Assembly: GCF_000015045.1 (NCBI RefSeq)
Contig: NC_008609.1
Coordinates: forward strand, 1,209,344 to 1,233,343
Direction: 5' to 3'
Source of the DNA: Pelobacter propionicus DSM 2379
GTDB taxonomy: Bacteria > Desulfobacterota > Desulfuromonadia > Geobacterales > Pseudopelobacteraceae
Length of the DNA: 24,000 nucleotides
This document shows positions 8,510 through 14,928 of the stretch, one piece after another (the stretch's first letter is position 1; each line of letters begins with the position of its first letter). Under the pieces are notes generated by a model. It had not been told where the DNA came from. It did not search any database and was given only the letters and a program-made list of their open reading frames with translations. The position numbers and the translations under genes are program-made.

Positions 8510-9856
8510 CTATGCCCTCCCTGCCAGATTGATGATGCCGGAACCGTCGCTGTCGGGACCCTTGCGGGCGTATTTTGCCAGCAGATAGATGTCGATAACC
8601 CCCAATCCACCGTAGAGGAGGGTGAAGCCCGCCAGGGAAATGGCCACCTGGGTGGCGGAGACACTCGTGGATACGGCGTCGGCGGTTTTCAGGACACCGT
8701 AGACGATCCAGGGCTGACGCCCCATTTCAGCAACCAGCCAGCCCAGCTGGTTGGCGATATAGGGGAGCGGCAGCGAGAACACCAGCAGGGTCAGGAACAG
8801 ACGGTGACGTTCGGGATGCCCCTTGAAGGAGATGATCACCGCGATCAGGCTGGCCAGGATGAAGTAGACCCCCAGGCCGACCATGACGCGGAAACTGAGG
8901 AACACCGGCAGCACCGGCGGCCGCAGTTCGCGCGGGAAGCTCTTCAGGCCGGTGACTTCGGCGTTGGCGTCGCGGAATGCCAGCAGGCTGATCATGTTGG
9001 GGATGGAAAACGCCTCCAGTGAGTTGCGCTCGTTCTTTTCGTCCGGAACCTGCAGCAGGTTCAGGTCAGCCCCTTTTTTCGTCTCCCAGACCGACTCCAT
9101 GGCGGCGAACTTGGCCGGCTGGACCTTGGCCACCTCCACCGAAGAGAGGTCGCCCACCATGGCGGCCAGCAGGCATCCCGCCAGGCCGAACAGCGCAGCC
9201 TGACGGAAAGAGCGCTTGAAAAAGTCCAGTTCGTTGTTGCGCAGCAGGTGCCAGGCCGAAATGCCCATGACGAAGAAGGCCGCCAGGGTGTAGGCGGCGG
9301 TAATCTGGTGCCCGAATTTGATCAGGCCATAGGGGTTGGTGAGCACGGCGATGAAGTCGGTCATTTCCGCCCGGTTGTTGCGCAGCACGTAGCCCACCGG
9401 GTTCTGCATCCAGGCATTGGCCAGCAGGATCACCAGGCCGGAGAGGTTGGTTGCGATTGCCACCAGCCAGATGGAGAGCAGGTGCACCTTTTGGGAAACC
9501 TTGTCCCAGCCGAAGATCCAGAGGCCGATGAAGACCGACTCCAGGAAGAAGGCCACGGTGGCCTCGATGGCCAGGGGGGCGCCGAAGATGTCGCCCACGT
9601 AGCGGGAGTACTCGGCCCAGTTCATGCCGAACTGGAACTCCATGGTTATGCCGGTTACCACTCCCAGGGCGAAGTTGATCAGAAACAGCTTGCCCCAGAA
9701 CCTGGTCATGCGCAGCCAGGTTTCGTCACCGGTCATGCAGTAGCGGGTCTCCATCCAGGCCACCATGATGGAGAGTCCCAGGGTCAGCGGTACGAAAATG
9801 AAATGGAACATGCAGGTTACGGCGAATTGTAGTCGACTGAGCAGTAATGTGTCCAT
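8510..9856 (-). CDS. cydA: cytochrome bd ubiquinol oxidase subunit I (short Q-loop size class)
   Basis: N-terminus MDTLLLSRLQFAVTCMFHFIFVPLTLG with the conserved His, plus GWLVAEMGRQPW near the C-terminus. AGGAGG RBS lies upstream. Confidence 0.92.
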   Translation of the reverse strand: MDTLLLSRLQFAVTCMFHFIFVPLTLGLSIMVAWMETRYCMTGDETWLRMTRFWGKLFLINFALGVVTGITMEFQFGMNWAEYSRYVGDIFGAPLAIEATVAFFLESVFIGLWIFGWDKVSQKVHLLSIWLVAIATNLSGLVILLANAWMQNPVGYVLRNNRAEMTDFIAVLTNPYGLIKFGHQITAAYTLAAFFVMGISAWHLLRNNELDFFKRSFRQAALFGLAGCLLAAMVGDLSSVEVAKVQPAKFAAMESVWETKKGADLNLLQVPDEKNERNSLEAFSIPNMISLLAFRDANAEVTGLKSFPRELRPPVLPVFLSFRVMVGLGVYFILASLIAVIISFKGHPERHRLFLTLLVFSLPLPYIANQLGWLVAEMGRQPWIVYGVLKTADAVSTSVSATQVAISLAGFTLLYGGLGVIDIYLLAKYARKGPDSDGSGIINLAGRA

Positions 9857-10013
9857 GCTTCCTCCTCTGCGATAATAAATGACACAACAACCTATGCTGG
9901 GATTGATTGTAGCAGTCTGGTACCGGATTGCCCGTTTTTTGTTGCTAGCTGGTTAAAAAAGACCTTAATTATCTTGAAGCGCTGAAAAATTTTTTCTGCG
10001 GCCGCCGGCGTTT

Positions 10014-10418
10014 CTACATGCCGGCCAGTTCCTTGAGGGTTACCCTGGCCAGGATGGCGCGCACCTCATGCTGTACTTCGATCCAGACCGGGTGAACGCG
10101 GCAGGCTACGGAGCGGTCGCATTCGCCGGCGCCGATGACGCAGCGGTTGGGAACGACGGGTCCCTCCACGGCCTCCACCACCTCCAGCAGGGTGATCTTT
10201 TCCGGGGCGCGGCCGAGCATGAAACCACCACCGGTTCCGCGATAGGACCGTACCAGGCCGATTTTGCTGAACTGCTGGAATATCTTGGCCAAAAATGTCT
10301 GGGGTACGTCAACCGCTGCCGCGATCTCGCTCAGCAGGCAAACCTGGTCGCCGGGGCGTGAAGCCAGGTAAACGATACCCCGTATTGCGTATTCTCCCTT
10401 GCGGGTTAGTTCCATCAT
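10014..10418 (-). CDS. Rrf2-family transcriptional regulator with an IscR-like Fe-S ligand set
   Basis: N-terminal wHTH (MMELTRKGEYAIRGIVYLA...). Ligand pattern is Cys93-x6-Cys100-x5-Cys106-x2-His109 (CVIGAGECDRSVACRVH). It lies directly upstream of cydAB on the same strand. Confidence 0.85.
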   Translation of the reverse strand: MMELTRKGEYAIRGIVYLASRPGDQVCLLSEIAAAVDVPQTFLAKIFQQFSKIGLVRSYRGTGGGFMLGRAPEKITLLEVVEAVEGPVVPNRCVIGAGECDRSVACRVHPVWIEVQHEVRAILARVTLKELAGM

Positions 10419-10451
10419 GGCAATGCAACCCCTAAAAGACTGTTTGGATCT

Positions 10452-10480
10452 TTTTTAGTTTTTTTTTGCGCGCCTGTCAA
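10452..10480 (-). promoter_or_regulatory. weak candidate promoter for the Rrf2 gene
   Basis: The minus strand reads TTGACA (10480-10475), a 17-nt spacer, then TAAAAA (10457-10452). It sits inside an unusual T6-AG-T9 tract. The -10 box is poor. Confidence 0.3.
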
Positions 10481-10516
10481 CTGGAATCTGCGTGGTCCCG
10501 TCGCCGCTGTTAGCTG

Positions 10517-10544
10517 TTGTAAAGTTGTTTTAAAAATGTATTAT
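10517..10544 (+). promoter_or_regulatory. candidate sigma70 promoter for the LysM/FecR-CHASE2 kinase operon
   Basis: TTGTAA (10517-10522), a 16-nt spacer, then TATTAT (10539-10544), in an AT-rich island. Confidence 0.4.
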
Positions 10545-10602
10545 GTGTGGCGTGCAATATGTAGATTCATACACAGAGGCCGGGAGAAGCGTGAAGTCAG
10601 CC

Positions 10603-12255
10603 ATGTTCCGTATCATGACCGTTATTGCGCTGCTGGCCTGTCTGCTCCCCGTGACAGCCCTGGCACGGGACAGCTCTGCCACGGTCGAGCTGACCGTGGT
10701 GAAGCGCGACACCCTGATTTCCATCTGCCGAACATACCTGCGGCAGCCGGCGCGATGGCCTGAAATCGGCCGACTCAACCGGCTCGGGAACAACGATCTG
10801 ATCAGGCCGGGACAGCGGCTGATCATACCCGTGGAACTGCTTAAGGGGGTACCCCTTGACGGGTGGGTGGCGTTCGTCAGGTCGGAGGTCATGATCAGGG
10901 AGGCGCGCCGGAAAGAGTGGAGAGCTCTCAGAAGCGGCGATCCTGTCCGGCAGGGGAGCCTGATCAGAACCGGCGGCGAGGGGGCAGTGGAGATCGTCTT
11001 CGACGATGGCAGTTCCCTGTACCAACACCCTGACAGCACCCTGGATCTGAGCGCGTCCCAGCTGAAAGCCGGCAATCACCTCTTCCGCAGGCTGTTTATC
11101 TCCGCGGGAAGGATCCTGGTCAAGGTGCGCAATGCCACGGGGCGGGACTCGCGTATGGAGATCAGGACCCCTTCGGCCATGGCCGTGGCTCGGGGTACGG
11201 ATTTTCGCGTTGCCGCCGATGCCCGGAAGGCAACCACCGCGGAAGTCCTGCAGGGGGTCGTGCAGGTCGATGCCCTGTGCCGCACGGTCATGGTCAGGGA
11301 AGGGGAGGGAACCCTGGTCAGGAAGGGGGAGCCCCCCCTCCAGCCGCGCAAACTGCTGCCCCCACCCCGTCTGACCGAAGCGCCGCACCTCTACCGCGGC
11401 ACGCCGTTCAGGCTTTCATTCCAGCCGGTTGACGGCGCTGTTTCCCACCGTCTGCTGCTCTCGCGCGACCGGGAGGGGCGGGACCTGGTCCGCGAACTGC
11501 TGTTCAGGGCGGGGGAAAGCCCGGAACTCTCCGGGCTTGAGGATGGAGTCTATTACTGCCAGGCGCTGAGTATCGATGCCTACGGCCTGGAGGGCGCCTT
11601 TTCCGCTCCGGTGGCGGTTACCCTGCGCGCCAATCCACTTTCCCCCTTTATCCAGGAACCGCATGACGGATCGACCTTCACGGGGGGAAGGGTCTCCTTT
11701 CGCTGGCTCAAGGTTGGCGATGCTGCTTCCTACCAGCTGCAGATTTCGCCGGACTGCTCATTTGCCCCCTCGTCGGTCAGCCTGGTGGATGTGGCCGATA
11801 CCTCCGTCCAACGCGAATTCAGCGACCTGGGCAAACAATGTTTCCGTATCCGTTCCATGGCCGTTGATGGCTTTGCCGGAAACTGGTCTGATCCGCTTTC
11901 CTTTACCCTGCTCCCCCCGCCCCCCGCTCCCCCCCTGGAAAAACCGGACCAACAGGGAAATAAACTCCACCTGCGCTGGCCAAGCCAGGGGGAGGGGGTC
12001 AGCTACCACGTGCAGCTTGCCGACAACGAACGCTTCGACTCTCCTCTTGTGGACCAGCGCCTGGCTGAGCCGGAGCTGAGCCTGGACGCTCCCCAACGGG
12101 GGGGCGTCTACTATGTGCGCACCAGCAGCATCGATCCCCAGGGGAACGAGGGGCCGTTCTCTCCGCCCCAGAGTTTCGAAGTCAGGCGCTGGTGGCCGTT
12201 CGCGGCAGGAGGGGCGCTGGGCGCGGCGGGACTGATCCTGCTGCTGGTTCTCTAG
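10603..12255 (+). CDS. secreted LysM + FecR domain protein with three Ig/FN3-like repeats and a C-terminal TM anchor
   Basis: Signal peptide MFRIMTVIALLACLLPVTALA. LysM (VELTVVKRDTLISICRTYL...IRPGQRLIIP, ~10684-10830). FecR-like domain (~10915-11277). Three ~90-aa repeats each end in a related motif: GVYYCQALSIDAYGLEGAFSAP, CFRIRSMAVDGFAGNWSDP and GVYYVRTSSIDPQGNEGPFSPP (~11356-12183). The tail WWPFAAGGALGAAGLILLLVL is a TM helix. GTG 10591 is an alternative start. Confidence 0.8.
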   Translation: MFRIMTVIALLACLLPVTALARDSSATVELTVVKRDTLISICRTYLRQPARWPEIGRLNRLGNNDLIRPGQRLIIPVELLKGVPLDGWVAFVRSEVMIREARRKEWRALRSGDPVRQGSLIRTGGEGAVEIVFDDGSSLYQHPDSTLDLSASQLKAGNHLFRRLFISAGRILVKVRNATGRDSRMEIRTPSAMAVARGTDFRVAADARKATTAEVLQGVVQVDALCRTVMVREGEGTLVRKGEPPLQPRKLLPPPRLTEAPHLYRGTPFRLSFQPVDGAVSHRLLLSRDREGRDLVRELLFRAGESPELSGLEDGVYYCQALSIDAYGLEGAFSAPVAVTLRANPLSPFIQEPHDGSTFTGGRVSFRWLKVGDAASYQLQISPDCSFAPSSVSLVDVADTSVQREFSDLGKQCFRIRSMAVDGFAGNWSDPLSFTLLPPPPAPPLEKPDQQGNKLHLRWPSQGEGVSYHVQLADNERFDSPLVDQRLAEPELSLDAPQRGGVYYVRTSSIDPQGNEGPFSPPQSFEVRRWWPFAAGGALGAAGLILLLVL

Positions 12256-12295
12256 CGCCTTCCCCCTTCCAGTGATCCCACACGAGAGGAGTGAC

Positions 12296-14926
12296 GTGCG
12301 CTTTCTCAAGTCCTCCAACCATAGATACCTCCTGACACTTGCGGTCGGCTTTTTCCTGGTTCTGGCGGCGGACCAGCTGGGGTTCACTGAAGGGATGAAC
12401 CACTACTGCTATGACCTGTTCTTCCGTCTGCGGGGTACCGTGGAGCCTGACCGGCGCATCCTGGTCGTCGCCATCGACGAGAAGACCTTGAACCGGCTTG
12501 GCAGGTGGCCGCTGCGGCGTGGCCACTATGCCAGGCTCCTGGATGCCGTTGGCCCGTCGGCCGTGGTGGGACTGGATATCCTGATGGCCGAGCCGACCGA
12601 CGATGACCCGCAGCTTCCCGAATCCATCGCCCGCCATGGCCGCGTCGTACTCCCGGTCTCGGTGGAGCACCCCCTTCAGACGATTCTCCCTTCGGGGGGG
12701 CTGGACTCTGACCGGGTTGGGCATGTCTATCTGGAGCAGGATGAGGATTGGGTCGTCAGGAGTGTCTTCCATACGCTCCACAGTGGTGGCCGGGCGATGC
12801 CCTCCTTTGCCTCGGCCATCCATGACCTGTTGGGCGGTGACAGGCTCAGACGCCAGGATCCACCGGTTGCCGCAGCGGAGCGTTGGCGCAGGCCAGACCT
12901 GCTCCAGCAGGACAGCCGGCGGATCAACTACTGCGGCCCTCCGGGCACCTTCCCCCGGCTCTCCATGATCGACATACTGGACGGCCGCTACCCGCCTGCC
13001 TACTTCACCAACCGGATCGTCCTGGTGGGGGTCACCGCCGCCGGACTGGAGGGGGGCGTGCTGACCCCTTTCACCCAGTTGCGCACCGCCATGAGCGGCG
13101 TGGAGGCCCACGCCACCATCCTGCACAATCTCCTCAACGACAACGCTATGGTGGCAACAGCGGAACCGGCCAGGCTGGCGCTGTCTCTCGGCGTTGCACT
13201 TGCCGGCTTCTTCCTCTTTTTGCGGCTGGGCGCACGGCGCATGCTGTTCTGCTGCGGTCTGGGCCTGGCCGCTGTCTGGCTCGTGTCTCTTGCGCTCTTT
13301 GCCTGGCTGGATTTCTGGTTCAGCCCGATCCTGCCCTCGCTTATGCTGCTGGTTCTGCTGGTCTGCGCCCAGGTGAACAGGCTGGAACGGAGCGCACACG
13401 AACTGCGCGAAGCCCAGGATGACTGGGAGGCCTCCTTCAATACCATTACCGATGGCATCCTGCTGGAGGATGCCGGGGGGGCGGTGATCAGGATGAACCA
13501 GGCCGCCCGGAGCATGCAGGGGGCACGTCTGCTGGAACAGCTTGCTCGTGCTCCCCTGTCCGGCTGCGGGGAGGAAATGGGCGATCAGGGCCGTACCCGT
13601 GAGTTCGTTGACCCGCTTTCCGGCAACTGCTACGAGATCAGGTCGCGTGCCCGCTCCGACCATCCGCGGGGGGGGGGTGGGGTTGTGCATGTCATCCGGG
13701 ATGTGACGGCCAGGAAAAAGATGGAGAAGGAGAAGGAGTTGCTCCAGTTCCAGTTTCTCCAGGCCCAGAAGATGGAGTCCGTCGGCCGGCTAGCGGGTGG
13801 CGTGGCCCATGACTTCAACAACATACTGACCGCCATACTGGGCTACAGCGAGATTGCCCGCCTGAGGGCCGCCCATGACGAGAAGCTTGCTGAGTGCCTG
13901 GATATTATCCATGACTCGGGCATGAAGGCGGCATCCCTTGTCCGGCAGCTGTTGATCTTCAGCCGCAAGAGTACGCTGGAGCCGCAGGTGGTTGATATCA
14001 GGTCGCTCATCGACAACATGGCCAAGATCCTGGCGCGGGTGATCGGAGAGGACGTCATCCTCGGGCTGCAGACCGAATCGCCGGTCGGGAATATACTCGT
14101 TGACCCGGCCCAGGTCGAGCAGATCATCATGAACCTGGTGGTCAACGCCCGGGACGCCATGCCCCAGGGCGGGACGGTGACCATCCGGGCCGAGGATGTG
14201 GAACTGGACAGCTCCTACACCTGCAGCCATCTGGACCTTGTCCCCGGTCCCTATGTGATGCTCTCGGTGAGGGATACCGGCATGGGTATGAGCCCGGAGG
14301 TGCGGGCGCGGATCTTCGAACCCTTCTTCACCACCAAGGAGGTGGGGGAGGGGACCGGCCTGGGATTGTCAACGGTCTACGGAATTGTCAGGCAGATGGC
14401 GGGACACATCTACGTCTACAGCGAGCCGGGCAGGGGAAGCGAGTTCAAGGTGTATTTTCCGGTTTGCCGGGAGAACGTCGCCGCGGTTGGGCCGGAGGTG
14501 GAGAAAACCGTAGCCGGCGGCAGCGAGACGATCCTGGTCGTGGAGGACGATGCCTCGATCCTGACCCTGATCGCCTCCCTGCTGGAGCCGCTGGGCTATG
14601 CCGTTCTGGCGGCCCATTCCGGCGACGAGGCCCTGGCGCTGGCGGAGCGGAGCGGAAAACGGATCGATCTGCTGCTGACGGACGTTGTCATGCCGGGAAT
14701 GGGGGGGAGGAAGCTGGCCGGGCTGTTCCTTGAAAAACATCCCGCGGCGCGGGTTGTCTTCATGTCCGGCTACACCGATGACATCATCATTCGCCAGGGG
14801 GTGAGCCAGGGGCAGTGCGCCTTTGTCCAGAAGCCGCTCTCGCCGCGCTCCCTGGCCAGGAAGCTGCGGGAGGTGCTGGATGGCCAGGGGCGGGAAGGCG
14901 CTGCTCCCCCTGTGCCGGCTGGCTGA
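12296..14926 (+). CDS. CHASE2-TM-PAS-HisKA-HATPase-REC hybrid sensor histidine kinase
   Basis: CHASE2-like N-terminal region (ILVVAIDEKTLNRLGRWPLRRGHYARLLD...IVLVGVTAAGL...H), then about 3 TM helices. PAS (WEASFNTITDGILLED...). H-box GGVAHDFNNILT (His codon 13808-13810). N/G boxes (NLVVNARDAM, GTGLGLS). Receiver with DLLLTDVVMPGM (Asp codon 14681-14683). Start taken as GTG 12296, 4 nt after AGGAG. The track's GTG 12272 is possible. Confidence 0.85.
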   Translation: MRFLKSSNHRYLLTLAVGFFLVLAADQLGFTEGMNHYCYDLFFRLRGTVEPDRRILVVAIDEKTLNRLGRWPLRRGHYARLLDAVGPSAVVGLDILMAEPTDDDPQLPESIARHGRVVLPVSVEHPLQTILPSGGLDSDRVGHVYLEQDEDWVVRSVFHTLHSGGRAMPSFASAIHDLLGGDRLRRQDPPVAAAERWRRPDLLQQDSRRINYCGPPGTFPRLSMIDILDGRYPPAYFTNRIVLVGVTAAGLEGGVLTPFTQLRTAMSGVEAHATILHNLLNDNAMVATAEPARLALSLGVALAGFFLFLRLGARRMLFCCGLGLAAVWLVSLALFAWLDFWFSPILPSLMLLVLLVCAQVNRLERSAHELREAQDDWEASFNTITDGILLEDAGGAVIRMNQAARSMQGARLLEQLARAPLSGCGEEMGDQGRTREFVDPLSGNCYEIRSRARSDHPRGGGGVVHVIRDVTARKKMEKEKELLQFQFLQAQKMESVGRLAGGVAHDFNNILTAILGYSEIARLRAAHDEKLAECLDIIHDSGMKAASLVRQLLIFSRKSTLEPQVVDIRSLIDNMAKILARVIGEDVILGLQTESPVGNILVDPAQVEQIIMNLVVNARDAMPQGGTVTIRAEDVELDSSYTCSHLDLVPGPYVMLSVRDTGMGMSPEVRARIFEPFFTTKEVGEGTGLGLSTVYGIVRQMAGHIYVYSEPGRGSEFKVYFPVCRENVAAVGPEVEKTVAGGSETILVVEDDASILTLIASLLEPLGYAVLAAHSGDEALALAERSGKRIDLLLTDVVMPGMGGRKLAGLFLEKHPAARVVFMSGYTDDIIIRQGVSQGQCAFVQKPLSPRSLARKLREVLDGQGREGAAPPVPAG

Positions 14927-14928
14927 CC

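Noticed and set aside
7913-9022. 369-aa plus-strand ORF and similar ones (4177..5193, 3891..4514, 5879..6664, 20912..21751, 22338..23210)
   Set aside because: All lie antisense to genes with strong homology-type evidence (cydAB, MCP, trpA, bioA, sigma54 regulator). They have skewed low-complexity composition.
9986-10013. Possible terminator after the Rrf2 gene (CGCCGGCGGCCGC palindromes followed by an A/T run)
   Set aside because: The GC palindromes have no loop and the A6T6 run is ambiguous. I cannot distinguish a terminator from promoter-upstream curved DNA, so whether rrf2 and cydAB are co-transcribed is left open.
12182-13690. 502-aa minus-strand ORF
   Set aside because: It is antisense to the CHASE2 kinase. 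It is Pro/Gly/Arg/Gln-rich with no motifs. Its N-terminal MHNPTP also appears in the over-extended trpA ORF, but that reflects only a ~12-nt similarity (GGGGTTRTGCA), judged coincidental.
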